Origin: Octopus sinensis
Lineage: Eukaryota
NCBI RefSeq assembly: GCF_006345805.1
Contig: NC_043005.1
Span: 44,578,001-44,642,000, forward strand
Reading direction: 5' to 3'
DNA: 64,000 nucleotides
Positions 24,987 through 38,990 of the stretch are shown here, one piece after another. The notes below the pieces were generated by a model that was given only the letters and a program-made list of their open reading frames with translations, had not been told where the DNA came from and made no database searches. Both the position numbers and the translations under genes were made by a program. Positions within the stretch are counted from its first letter, which is position 1. The number at the start of each line of letters is the position of its first letter.

Positions 24987-25504
24987 CTGGACTTATTTGG
25001 CACTGAATTATTTTGGCATCAGATGTCTTGGACCTAAGACATTTTGGTGTCAAGGAAATTTTGTTTTTATTCTTCATAACATCTAACATCATGAGAAGCC
25101 TTGCTCATAATTAGTAAAGAGGAACTGTATATAGTTATATTTTGGACAAACCCACATATCTTTTATCTTTTACTTGTTCTAGTTTTTAGACTGTGGCCAT
25201 GCTGGAGCACCACCTTCAAGAACTCTTTTAATTGGACGTATAAACCCCACTAGCATAGCTAAAGTAGGGAAGAGGGTAGCACCACATTTAGGGCTGCTGT
25301 AGGCAAAATGTATTTTTTGATGGGGCCAGGAGGTGGCAAAGTGAAGTTATGCTAGTGATCAACCCCAGAACATTTTTTTAAAGGCTGGTACTTATCTTAT
25401 TAGTCTCTTGCTGACCTGCTAAGTTACAGGGAAGTAAACACGCCAGCACTGGTTGTCAAACAGTGGCAGAAGACAAACACAGAAACAAATACAGACACAC
25501 ATAC

Positions 25505-25569
<65 letters not shown>

Positions 25570-25705
25570 AAGTATGGGAGTTTAGTTCACAGGTGATCTA
25601 AATGATTAGGTATACTAGGTAAGTACTGTAACAGATTGCTAGTACTCCAAGGTTATAGCCGAGATGGTAGCTATAGAGCCATTGCAGATTTCTGATATAG
25701 TGGAT

Positions 25706-26010
25706 ATATAATTGTTAAAGAGGACAATAAACATTAAGGCAAGGCAAACATCTCAAGTTATATACAATTGGAAAAATTCAGTCTTACAGCTGTTTCTGGG
25801 ATATCCCAGAGTATGGAATATTCCATCATTAGAGACAAATAGGCAAAAGGGGGGGGGGGTATTTGTCTGTGATGCTAGAATATCCAATACTCTGGGATAT
25901 CCCAGAAACAACTGTAAGACATTGAATTTTTTCCAATAATAATAATAATATATATGACTTGAGATATTTGCCTTGCTTTAACATTTGTTGTCCTCTTTAA
26001 CAATTGTATA
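25706..26010. mobile_element. Fold-back element in TA context with two degenerate type I hammerheads (Penelope-terminus-like)
   Basis: Long inverted arms. Minus 25781-25836 reads GUCU-CUAAUGA-...-GAAACAGCUGUA-AGAC. Plus 25865-25920 reads GUCU-GUGAUGC-...-GAAACAACUGUA-AGAC. Confidence 0.75.
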
Positions 26011-27834
26011 TATATATATACGATGGGTTTCTTTCAGTTTCCATCGACTAAATTCACTCACAAGGCATTGGTCGGTCCAAGGCTATAGTAGACGACACTT
26101 GCCCAAAGTGCCACGCAGTGGGACTGAACCTGGAACCATATGGTTTGGAAGCAATCTTCTTACCACACAGCCACAATTACGTATAATGTATGTTTCTGTT
26201 ATTAATAATTTCCATTTAAGTATTTATGTCATAGAAGGGCGTATAAGTCCATTTTAACTATTTTAATAAATTTTATTGTTCCCTCTTTCACTCCCTTTTT
26301 TAGCGTGTGTGTGTGTGTGTTAGTGTGTGTATTTATGTGCATATAGTTGGGTTCATTACAATCTATTTTAATGTTTTTGTACGTGTATGTGTGTGTGTGT
26401 GTGTTTCTTTATGTGTATTATTTTGTGTTTCTTCCTCCCTTTTCCTCTCTTTCTCTGCATGTGTATATTTTTCTTTATGTGCAATATTTTAATCTCTCTC
26501 CTATCTCTTCCTCTCTGTCTCTCTCTCTCTTTCTCTCTGCATGTTTTTGTGCAGTCAGTCAGGTGCATTTCCAATACATTGTAATGTGTATTTCCCCACC
26601 ACTCTGTCTCTCCCTGTCTCTCTCTGTCTGCCTGTCTGTCTCTCTTTTTCTCTCTCCATATGTGTACGTTTTTGTGTGTCATTCAGTTATTTTTCCAATA
26701 TGTTTTAATGTGTGTTTCCCCACCACTCTGCTTCTCCCTATCTTTCTCTCTCTCTCTTTTCTCTCTGTCTCTCTCTGTCTCTCTCTGTCTGTCAGTTGGT
26801 CTGTCTCTCTCTGTCTTTACAGTGAAGTTCCTTCATGGTGTTCTTTATGATGAATTGATGGTAGTGAACTTTCCCTGTAGTGAATTGATGACGGTGAACT
26901 TACCTGTAATCACAAGGAACACAGACACCAAAGTATTTGAAAATTATCACCAAAACTTTATGGTTTACTGCTCAACCAAATATAACCCAATGAGAGTAGC
27001 AGAATGCTGCAGTAATTTCAGTGCAGTTTCAATTTTAAATCATGGAAACATGTAGGAACTTCAGTATCTTTGATCTGAAGATATTCCTTAGCTTGAAGAA
27101 AAATTGAAACATCAGTTGAATGCACGTATGCAGAAGACCTTTTTCACTTTTCATACTTTTTCATTTTTTAAAGTTTTTTTCACTTTTTCCACCTTTTCTT
27201 GTCTTGCTCTTAAGTATTTTAACTTCCTTTAACTTCTCTTGATTTAACTTCCATCCATTTATTCAGTTACAATATTTTGTCCTCCTCCTCTACCTTTTTA
27301 ACCTTACTTACTAATGGCATCACTCTGTTGTCTTTCTTTCTATACTACACCATAACCATGTTGCCTCAGATACACCAGCATATTATTTGTTGTCTTACAG
27401 GAAATTCTTGAATCATGCTCAGAAAGGCTTGGCAAAAGAGTTCTCTCTATTTACCATGTACATCCTAAATATTGGCTATCTAAGATATGACAGATACTGA
27501 AGCACTCCACATTGTTAAGAGACTACTCCATAGCTCTGCAACTTTTTAGAGGTCAGCCCCAAATGAACTGCTCTCCTAAAAAGCATCACAATCAACAGAA
27601 AAAACATTTCATAGGCGTTTGGATCTCAAAGTGTAACAAAGAGGTTTTGCAAATATTAAGTGACTATTTCCATATTGTAAAGTCGCTTCTTGACTTGACG
27701 AATCATCATAATCTGGAAACAAATATTGATGGCAATGCTTTATTGAATGTCATGATGTGCCATGATTGATTTTGACATTTTTAAATGGGTTGGTTTGTGT
27801 TGAAAACAATTCTTTCTACTTTAAGCACAAGGCT

Positions 27835-28036
27835 AGCAATATTTGAAGAGTGGAGTATGCTAAATATATCAACCTCCAATATTTGACTGGTACCTTATTT
27901 TATCACCACTGAAAAGATGCATGGCAAAGGTAACTTCAGTGAATTTACACTTAGAATGTAAAATGAATAAAGAGCTGGAAGAAATGTCACAAAGCATTTT
28001 GTCTGAGACACTAATGATTCTGCCAGCTTGCCACCT
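27835..28036 (-). mobile_element. Meta-like SINE, degraded
   Basis: Family core and head. Confidence 0.65.
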
Positions 28037-28070
28037 TAAGTTTGTGCTGAAAAATATTGCAAACATAAAC

Positions 28071-28244
28071 AGGCATAGGAGTAGCTGTGTGGTAAGTCGC
28101 TTGCTTACGAACCACATGGTTCCGGGTTCAGTCCCATTGCATGGCACCTTGGGCAAGTATCTTCTACTATAGCCTCGGGCCGACCAAAGCCTTGTGAGTG
28201 GATTTGGTAGACGGAAACTGAAAGAAGCCCGTCGTATATATGTA

Positions 28245-28334
<90 letters not shown>

Positions 28335-28557
28335 ATGTGTATGTGTATATGTGTCTGTGTTTGTCCCCCCATCATCGCTTGACAACTGATGCTGGTGTGT
28401 TTATGTCCCCGTAACTTAGCGATTCGACAAAAGAGACCGATAGAATAAGTACTAGGCTTACAAAGAATAAGTCCTGGAGTCAATTTGCTCGACTAAAAAG
28501 GTGGTGCTCCAGCATGGCCACAGTCAAATGACTGAAACAAGTAAAAGAGTAAAAGAG
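28071..28557 (+). mobile_element. SINE family A
   Basis: Full length, with an expanded internal (TA)n. Confidence 0.88.
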
Positions 28558-30177
28558 TCTCAGAAAATACCTCAAAACAGCCAGAAATAATGAATGAAGC
28601 AACAAGGAAAGGTTTATGAATTGCAGAAATGAAAGAAGAAATTTTGAAAACATCTGGAAATACACTGGAAAGTTAAACAAAACTATCAGAGAAATCGTCC
28701 ATAGCACATGATTCTCATTAAGCATGGCCATAGTCCAATGAATGGAACACACAAAAGATAAAAAATAACGACTAATATGTACATTGGGTACTCAGCTATG
28801 TTATCCCTACCTGTGGCTTACCTGAATATTCAGATTTGGAGTTTCTAAAAGGAGAAAAGGTAACATATAGAATGATTGTTATGGACCAGGCAACTGCAAT
28901 AGTTGAAATTGTTTACAAGAATGATCTTCATGTCATACTACCATTCTTCAACAGAATTACTAGTATATTGGCACCCATTACTACTTCATCATGTTCTCTT
29001 GAGCACCGCTTCTATAGTTACAGAAGAGTGAAGACATATCCATTGCTGCAATAGGTCAAGCATGAATTCATGGTGTTGCAGTATGAAGCTTAAGTTAGAC
29101 ATGGCCTGGGCCTGTACCGGCTGAAACCTGAGTTGTCTAAGTTATGTCAACATGTCAGATGGCAAAACTTTAGGTCAAATAACTGATATTTTTGCTGCTA
29201 AAAATAAAGGAAACAAACAATATTTTTGTTTATAATTTGCATGTTGTGTGTTATGTGATGCGCAGTGCGAAAGGATATCTATATAAAATTTCAGACTAAT
29301 CAATCCTTCTGTTCCTCTTTACTAAAGAACCCTATGCGTTCATAATAAGAAAGACAATAGTTTCCTTTCAAAACTGAAACATGATGCTACGCTATGTTGG
29401 AAAAGAAACGAACACATCAATGAAGTATTAATTTAGTTGCTACTAAACTATCTATCCTGTGATTAGTTGATAATGATGTATCTTCCTGTGGATATATATA
29501 TATATAATCAATGTACATATATTAGCAGTGTGGGAAAATGTTAGAATTAAAGACAAAAACACAACAGTCTATTAAAGTATCACTAAAAGATTATATAAGT
29601 AATTCCTGAAAATACTCTCTAACCAGTTGACTATTGGTCATTAATGCAATTTATTTGTGAATTGTATTTGCTTAATGCATAATGTAATGCATATGCTTGT
29701 AATTATTGCTTATAACACAATTATATTCAGTTGTCCTTCTCAATTATTAGTTTCCATTGCATTTAGAAATTGAAGCTTGTCATTTTGTATTAGTTTCTAG
29801 CAAACTTCCATAAATGATTATCGTTTTTCTGGTTGTATTTATCAGAATGTTTAGTCAATCTTCTGAAAATTGCTGCTGATCTTAGAAGGTTAATGAGGTC
29901 ATGTCTTATCATGAGCATCAGATTTATTTTTTGTATGGGTACATACGAATGATTAATAAATATTTTATACACAGTGTAATCTTTAATAAATTTAATGTAG
30001 CTAAACAAAATTATGTTTCATTAAAGATTTTAACATGGAATTTAAACAGATGTAAGTAAATCTTGTTATTCTCTTTGCACAGAGAAGATTACCTTTTCAA
30101 AGCTAGTTGGCTACTTTTCTGAGGATAATTAGTTTTCATCCTTCTGTCCATGAGGACAGATTATTACAATCATTGCT

Positions 30178-30406
30178 TTAACTCCTTAGCATTCAGATTA
30201 TTCTGTCAAATGTAAGAAATATTTGTTCACATTCTTCTGAATTCATCATACATTATCTTATACCTTCGAGATTTTGATGATGTAATTGCTTATTTTAAGA
30301 ATGACATTGTCAATACAGGCGTGAGAGGCTGGATTTGACCAGTTTGAACATAAAGACGGTAGAATATTTGGGCCAGATATGACCAGTTTAAATGCTAATG
30401 GGTTAA
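30178..30406. mobile_element. piggyBac-like MITE, same family, opposite orientation
   Basis: TTAACTCCTTAGCATT ... AATGCTAATGGGTTAA. Confidence 0.7.
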
Positions 30407-30491
30407 ATCAGAACTTAGTTGTAATGAACCCACTAATCTACATGCATGTATTTGTTGTTGGTGATGTGGTTAATTAGTAAATATCAAATAT

Positions 30492-30519
<28 letters not shown>

Positions 30520-30525
<6 letters not shown>

Positions 30526-30835
30526 TTAAAATATGGATCGTTAGTAGAAATTTCATAAATCTGGAGGAGAAGCACACCCTAAGATGTAGAGCAGTTAATG
30601 TTATAGTGGGGCAGGCTGGTTTATGGGGTTACCCTGGATTTTTGCTCATAAGGGCTTTAGCCTTATAGCGTATCTTCAGACCCCAAACACTGCTGGTTTG
30701 CGACTTCTTTAAATATTTTAAAGAGGTCTCAGGCCAGCAGTGTTTGAGGTCTGAAGATACGCCATAAGACTAAACCCCTTATGAGCAAGAATACCAAGGT
30801 AACCCCATAAACTGGCCTGCCCCACTATGAAATAT
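30520..30835. mobile_element. Fold-back element with degenerate type I hammerheads (family also at 32290-32500)
   Basis: Inverted arms 30603-30700 and 30733-30830. GGGGU-CUGAAGA...AGGGUA-ACCCC on both arms, with GAAA mutated. Confidence 0.7.
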
Positions 30836-30984
30836 ATTAAAATATGTATCTTTTTATATCCCCTGTTTTTTACTTATTTCAGTCATTAGACTGTGGTCAT
30901 GCTGGAGCACCACCTTGAAAATTTTAGTTGAATGAACTGACCCTAGTACTTATTTATCTTATTTTATGTCTGATAGTAGAAAAC

Positions 30985-31384
30985 CTATGTATGTATATAT
31001 ATAATATATATATATATATATTATTATATATATGTATATATATATGTATATATATATATATATGTATATGTATATAATATACATATTTATATATATATAT
31101 ATATATAATATATATAGGTATATATATATATAATATATATATTCTATATATATATGTATATATATATTATAGATATATGTATTATTATATATATAATAAT
31201 ATATATATGTATATCTATATGTATATATATAATATATGATATATATATATATTATTATATATAATTATATATATAATGTATATATATTATATATATATAT
31301 GTATATATATATATATTCTATATATATATATATTGATATATACTATATATATATAATATGAAATATAATATAAGGTATATATAT

Positions 31385-31423
<39 letters not shown>

Positions 31424-31599
31424 TATAAATCGGTATATCATATATTATATATATATATAATATCGTATATATATATATATATATAATATATATATATAAT
31501 ATGTATATATATATTATATATATGTATGTATTAATATATATATAATATATTAATATATATATATATATATATATGTATGTATTATATATCTATATATAT

Positions 31600-31637
<38 letters not shown>

Positions 31638-31650
31638 TATATATATATAG
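30985..31650. repeat. Long imperfect (TA)n microsatellite
   Basis: Direct inspection. Confidence 0.9.
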
Positions 31651-32289
31651 AGAGTGTAGCGTAGGGTGACTGTGTGGTAAGTAGCTTGCTTATGAACCAC
31701 ATGGTTCCGGGTTCATTCCACTGCGTGGCACCTTGGGCAAGTGCCTTCTACTATAGCCTCGGGCCAACCAAAGCCTTGTGAGTAAATTTGGTTGATGGAA
31801 ACTGAAAGAAGCCCATTATATATATGTATATATATATGTGTGTGTGTGTGTGTGTATCTTTTATTTATGTCTTCTACTTTTGCCCCAGGTCAATCAAAGC
31901 CTTGTGAGTGGATTTGGTAGACAGCAACTGAGAAAAGCCCATTGTAAATATATATACATATATATGTATGTGTGTGTGTGTGTGTGTATGTATCGTATAT
32001 ATTTCATAAATGCATACATACATGTGAGTGTGCATGCTCATGTGTCCTTGTCTTCATACAATATTTTACCAGGTAATGCTATTAAGTTAGACTGGCCAAA
32101 ACCTATCAAAGATATCAAAGATACTTATTTTATCAGTCTGTTTTGCTGAACTACTAAGTTATGGGGTTGTAAACACACCAACACCAGCTGTCAAGTGGTA
32201 GTGGAGGGTAAACACAAATGCACATGTATGCACGCACACGCACAAACACACACACACACACACAGACAAATTGTTTGTAGAAATACATA

Positions 32290-32491
32290 AATCCATGACA
32301 ATAAGCTCTAAGATGTAGACCAGTTAATATTTTAGTGGGGTATGCCAGTTTATGGGGTTACCCTGGGTATACCGTAAGGGGTTTAGCCTTACAGTATATC
32401 TTCAGACCCCAAACACTGCTGAAGATATGCTATAAGGCTAAACCCCTTATGAGTGAGAAACCCAGGGTAACCCCATAAACTGGCCTACCCT

Positions 32492-32500
<9 letters not shown>
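32290..32500. mobile_element. Fold-back element with type I hammerhead remnants
   Basis: Minus arm 32354-32410 has stem I and a 12-bp stem II but no GAAA. Plus arm 32419-32474 has CTGAAGA, GAAA, ACCCAGGGT, A and ACCCC but lacks the 5' strand of stem I. Confidence 0.75.
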
Positions 32501-32528
<28 letters not shown>

Positions 32529-32547
32529 CGGCTTCTTTCAGTTTCCT

Positions 32548-32780
32548 ATTTCTTTATTGCCAACAAGAGGCTAAATGTAGATGGGATAAACAAGAACAGA
32601 CAAAGGAATTAAGTTGGTTACATCGACCCCAGTTCATAATTGGTACTTAATTTATCAACCCTGAATGGATGAAAGGCAAAGTCGACCTCAGCGGATTTTG
32701 AACTCAGAATGTAAAGACAGACAAAATATCGCTAAGCATTTTGCCTGGCATGGTAACGTTTCTGCCAGCTCACTGCCTTT
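32548..32780 (-). mobile_element. Meta-like SINE nested in a family A SINE
   Basis: CAGTTTC(C)TAT-like sequence occurs on both sides of the insert. Confidence 0.75.
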
Positions 32781-34179
32781 AAGAGTCTGCCAGTTCGCTG
32801 CCTTTAAGTTTCAGTTTCTATCTACCAATCTATTCACAAGGCTTTGGTTGGCCCAAAACTATAGTAGAAGACACTTGCTCAAGGTACCATGCAGTGGGAC
32901 TGGACCTGGAACCGTATGGTTGGGAAGCAAATGTTTTACCACACAGTTACACCAAATATATCCAAGAAGAAAAGAGAGAATGTTATAACATTACCTTGGG
33001 ATTCAAACACCATGTTTGCTGTAAATCCTATAGTTGTTTCTCATTCATTTTGATACGATATAGGATTCCCTGTTGCAACCACTTGAAGCAATCTGTAACT
33101 CTTTCATTAGTCTGCAGTTTGAGCTTGAAGTAATATCACAGCTGGTACAAGCCTGCAGTACTCTCAAGTGTCACTATTAAAGGAAATAATTATTTCTCAT
33201 CAACTTATTATCATGGAATCTGGAAAATCTCTTGTAAAAATTTTCCCACCAACGTACAGAAATTCCCAGAAAGAAGTAATATATAATGATTTATAATAAA
33301 GTTCCTGCTCAGATTTGATGCAATCAACTATCTTACATTATGTATTTATTTAATTTTTTCCTTTATATTACAACTGGTGTAGAGTATTGGAGTTGTTGGT
33401 TACAAATTTCCAGTAACTGATTCACTGCTGCTTTAACAGTGACAACAGCAAAGGAATGTATATAACTGAATAGTTTGTTTGAAAAGAACTTTCATTCTTC
33501 CTTTTACTGTTTGCTTTTTTTTTCCACTGGTAATTTATATCTTTTACTGATATACACTGGCAAAAGATAAGAGCACACATACGAGTATACACAAATACTC
33601 ATGCATACATACATACATACATACATACATTACATGAGCATGTCTAGATATGTAACTATATGCATGAGAATACATACATAAAAATAAAATACAAATCTGC
33701 ATACATACATACATACAGACAGACATACATTCATGAAAAATACCCAATTGATGTTGTTAAAATTCCAATGAAGGAGTCTTGGATCTAGGTTAAAAACTGA
33801 CTCTTTATTGGCGAGAAATTTTTAAATAAAATTGGATAATGACGTACATACATACATACAAACATATACATACATACATACATACATACATACATACATA
33901 CATACATAGATATTTATGTTTAGTTATACATACATAGACATTTTATGTTTAGTTATAATCCTTTCTACTATAGGTACAAGACCTAAAATTTTGTGAGAGG
34001 GGACAAATTAATTACATCGACCCCACTGTTTCACTGGTACTTAATTTATCGATCCTGAAAGGATGAAAGGCAAAGTTGACCTCAGAAACAATTTTAAATT
34101 AGTCTGATGGGTTACTCTACACATTTGTAGAGTATAAAATTATCAATCTTATATAAGAAAATATAAATCCACTCACATG

Positions 34180-34219
<40 letters not shown>

Positions 34220-34667
34220 AATATACATGTGTGTGTGTGTGTGTGTGTGTGTGGTGTGTTTGTGTGCGTGTGTATGTATCATATAAAAAAAATGATAAAC
34301 GTTGCCCTTTTCAAGCCTAGCCAGGTTCATTGGCCCGGTTTCCTGGTTTCTATGGCTCGGAAGAAGACTGTACCAGGCTTCATTCCCTGTTTTGTCAGGG
34401 ATTTTATGGCTGGGTGCTCTTCCTTGCACCAATCACCTTACAGTGTGAACTCAGTGCTTCTTATGTGTATATGTATTTTTGTACATGTTTTAAAGCAGTG
34501 GATCTCAGCTTGCACAAAGCTATAAATAATAGCATGTAAATATTTGGTTGAGAAACCCTTTTGGATAGAAAAAGTTGATGGTTACTCTTGGGACTTAAAC
34601 CTACATCTCCTGTAGATATAACAGTAATTCTACCATTAGCAACCAAAGCAATCCTTTGAATTTCTTA

Positions 34668-35083
34668 TTTCTTTACTGCCCACAAAGGGCTACACACAGA
34701 AAGGAACAGACAAGGGCAGACAAATGGATTAAGTTGATTATATCGACCCCAGTGCATAACTGGTATTTATTTAATGAACCCCAAAAGGATGAAAGGCAAA
34801 GTTGACCTTGGAGGAATTTGAACTCAGAACATAGTGGCAGATGAAATACCTATTTCTTTACTACCCACAATGGGCTAAGCACAGAGAGGACAAATAAGGA
34901 CAGACAAACGGATTAAGTCTATTATATCGACCCCAGTGCATAACTGGTATTTATTTAATCGACCCCAAAAGGTTGAAAGGCAAAGTTGACGTCAGTGGAA
35001 TTTGAACTCAGAACGTAGCAGCAGACAAAATACCACTAAGCATTTCACCTGGCATGCTAATGTTTCTGCCAGCTCGCCACCTT
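34668..35083 (-). mobile_element. Tandem pair of Meta-like SINEs, diverged
   Basis: Two consecutive cores at ~34668-34852 and ~34853-35083. Confidence 0.8.
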
Positions 35084-35606
35084 TGAATTTTGCTCTCCAT
35101 TTTAGTTACTTTATCCTTACCAGCAAGCATTGAATATTATTATTAACCTCATAAGAATTTATAAACATTTTTTTGAGAGTGTGAAACAATTCTTTTTAGA
35201 ATAGTGGATCTCAAAACACACGAAGCTATAACTAATAGCATGTAAATTTTAGATGTAGAATGCCTGTCATGTCTAAAGATGTGAGTTTGAATCTGACAGA
35301 CAGTCTTGGCTTTTTTTTTTTAATCCAAAAGGGTTTTTTCAGTAGAATATTTACAAACCATTACTTGCAGTTTTATGTGCTTTGAAATTCACTATTCTCC
35401 TAGAATAAGCATTTCATGTTCTCTTGAAAGTTATGACATCAACAGCATATTCTCACACACACACACACACACACATACACACACACACATTGTTTTTTGT
35501 TCCATTAAGATAAGATCAACAAAAAGTACTCTGTCCAGAGATAAATATCATTTAATGTACACTGTATTGATATAAGAGCTACTGATAGTTTCTTGCCATT
35601 AGATAT

Positions 35607-36265
35607 AAGTGTGCCTGTGTGGTAAGAAGCTTGCTTCCCAACCACATGGTTCCAGGTTCAGTGCCACACAGTGGGACATTGGGCAAGTGTCTTCTACTAT
35701 AACCTCAGGCCAACCAAAGCCTTGTGGGACAATTTGGTTGGCAGAAACTTGCAGAAACGTTAGCACACCAGGTGAAATGCTTAACGGTATTTCGTTTGCC
35801 GCTATGTTTTGAGTTCAAATTCCGCCGAGGTCGACTTTGCCTTTCATCCTTTTGGTGTCGAGGAAATAAGTACCAGTTATGCACTGGGGTCGATATAATC
35901 GACTTAATCCATTTGTCTGTCCTTGTTTGTCCCTTCTATGTTTGCCCCTTCTGGGTAATAAAGAAATAAGAAACTGAAAGAAGCCTGTCATGTATGTATG
36001 TACATATGTATGTATGTGTATATGTGTGTGTATGTGTGTGTATGTGTGTCTTTGTGAATGTATTTCTTCCCCAACACTGATTGACAACTGGTGTTGGTTT
36101 GCTTATGCCTCTATAACTTAATGGCTCAGCAAAAGAGACCAATAGAATAAGTATTAGGATTTTTTAAAAAAAAGTCCAGGGGTTGATTTGTTTGACTGAA
36201 ACCTTTGAAGGTGGTATGCCAGCATGGCCACAATCTGGGGCATTGAAATAAGTAAAAGATAAAAG
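35607..36265 (+). mobile_element. SINE family A interrupted by a Meta-like SINE (35745-35968)
   Basis: The family A head breaks at ~35725 and resumes at GAAACTGAAAGAAGCC after the inserted SINE. Confidence 0.75.
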
Positions 36266-36450
36266 ACACACATGCATGCACGCACGCGCACACACACACA
36301 CACACACACACATGCATGCATGCACACACACACACACACACGCACACACAAAGTATATACAATTCTTACTACAATAAAAGGAGATAGAGAAAAATGCAAT
36401 TGGAAAAAGTTCCTATCAGAATATGTATATAAATATATATATATATATAT

Positions 36451-36637
36451 AGGCGTAGGAGTGTCTGTGTGGCAAGTAGCTTGCTTATGAACCACATGGT
36501 TCCGGGCTCAGTCCCACTGCGTGGCACCTTGGGCAAGTGTCTTCTACTATAGCCTCAGGATGACCAAAGCCTTGTGAGTGGATTTGTTAGATGGAAACTG
36601 AAAGAAGCCCATCGTATATATGTATGTATATATATAT

Positions 36638-36680
<43 letters not shown>

Positions 36681-36905
36681 GTGTGTATATGTTTGTGAGT
36701 CTGTGTTTGTCCACCATCATCACTTGACAACTGATGCAGGTGTGTTTACGTCCCCGTAACTTAGCAGTTCGGCAAAAGAGACCGATAGAATAAGTACTAG
36801 GCTTACAAAGAATAAGTCCTGGGGTCGATTTGGCTGACTAAAAGTCAGTGCTTCAGCATGGCCACAGTCAAATGACTGAAACAAGTAAAAGGGTAAAAGA
36901 GAGAG
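36451..36905 (+). mobile_element. SINE family A
   Basis: Full length. Confidence 0.88.
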
Positions 36906-37139
36906 AGTATATATATATATATATATATAAGACTAACCAATGTCTTGATGTTGATCAACTGGAGTAGCCTCATTAGTTTTACAGACAAAGATATTTGTAA
37001 GAGTCTCTCACTAGCAACATTTCAGAAATGTTTTCAAATTAATCTGTAACTTAATCTAGATACCTGTTACTTTACCTCTTTTGTTTTACAGTCAATCCCT
37101 TATTGTTCTTTTTATATTCTCTGAAAATGTTTATGAAAT

Positions 37140-38990
37140 GCATGTGTGAAATTTGACTGGTAACTGTTGGTGCTACCATCTCCGGTTGCTTTCAGAGTAA
37201 GAGGTGGAGAGAAAGAGAGTTTGCTAAAAAATAGAAAGGAGGGAAATGTTTTGTGATATTTGTATGCTTTGATTATTCTGGAGCATGGCTTTCTGAAATG
37301 ATATATCTGTTTTATTCAAATATGGAAGAAGCAACTGAAAAATCTAACTATTGCTTGACTTGCTCCTATGTTTGTGACCCTCTTTTCATATTATTCCTTG
37401 CCTATACAAAGCTACTAAATCTCACCAATTCTCTTCAGTTAATAAAATATTTATTTACTAAGAAGGAAATGAAACAGCTTCTTGAATATGGCATTATTGA
37501 TCCTCCCCTGTTTCCATGGGAAACACAAACAAGTAGTTAGCCAGAAAGAGGGAGGATAACATACTGCATATTGACTACTCACAAATGATAAATTACTACT
37601 GCTTTCCAGACACCTTTCCACTTCCTAATATTGAAGATTTTGTGTCTTCTATTTCCTACAAATAAACTCTGTAGCAAAGTAGATCTGAAAGGAGAAACCT
37701 TCAGATTCCACTCCAAAATGACAATTAGTTACTTTATTTCAAACTTTTGGACACTTATTTCAGTTTATTAAGATAACCTTTATTGTTACTAATGCCATCA
37801 GTACTCCTCAAAGAATGATGGTTGTATAATTACCAACAATGCCACAGTGTAAGTTCGCATCTTTCTCTATGGTATTATTGTTTCCAGTAAAAATCTTGAG
37901 AATCATGCTGGGAACTTATCTGCATTTATTTCAGTTACAAAGTGATTTCTCATTACACTGAAAAATGACAAATGCCTTGTTTGGAAAATGTTTGCATCCA
38001 AGGACATAAAATAGAGAAAGTTCTATGTTCCTTAATTCAGAAAGAAAGAAACCCCCTAATCGATTACCCTATCAATAGTACACAACTACAGCAAGTATTT
38101 GTTGACTTACTATGACAAATAAGCATCCCTTCATTGGAACAAATTTGACCCCTGCTAAATCCTATTTTCCATTGCAAAACAGACACCTAGATACAATTTA
38201 TCTGCTTAAAACTTCAATAGTTAATGCCTTTCTCACTTATCTTAACTGAAGTTCCACTACATACTGAAACTGATTTCTCTGGCACTACAATTTCTGCTGT
38301 CCTTTCACAGTGCAATAAATCTGTCACTTTCTTTTCCAGAACTCTTTCATCAATTGAAAAGACAGTTATAGCTATCATAAAAACTCTTCAGAAACAATGA
38401 ACCTTTTTTTACACTGATGCTATCTTACATAAAAACGCTGAACAGTGAGCAATTTTATTCATATTTAGTCACAAAAGAAGAAGAAGAAGAATTAAGAATA
38501 AGATTCTTCCTTGGAGCATGGAATTATTACTCTACAATTATGACAGCTGAAAAATATCTGACAAAGAGAACAGAACAGCAGATGATCTGAACAGATGCTC
38601 CTCAATAATATCCTTTTGTACAATTACAGACTTACATAAGCTTTAGCATCACACTGGAATGACTTAATTATGGCACTATGCAAGATTTAAAATGCCTTTC
38701 TTTTTTAGAGGATGTTAAAAATCACTTTGTCGGAATCATCACTGTTCTGAATTGAAACCATGATTCTACAATCCTATTCATTCCAAACTTATTAAGTCCA
38801 TTTGAACATCACAATATTGATTTTAAAGGTGCTTTGTCATAGTCTGGTACTTATTGCTACTCTAGTTCATTATTATTGAAGAATACTCAAGGTTTTCATT
38901 TGCATTTTTATGTTTCAGTAATTCACTGTCATCAAAATTTATTCTTCATGTTTGATGCTCTAGTGTTAATTCACTCAAAGGGTCCTAATC
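37140..38990 (+). pseudogene. Highly decayed Ty3/Gypsy pol remnant (RT, RNase H, integrase)
   Basis: Translated remnants KQLLEYGIIDP, DTFPLPNIEDFV and SKVDLKG (RT); ETDFSGTTISAVLSQ, FFSRTLS and KNKILPWSMEL (RNase H); PFEHHNIDFKG and IIEEYSRFSFAF (integrase). Order is RT-RH-INT. The 37140-37460 part is uncertain. Confidence 0.8.
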
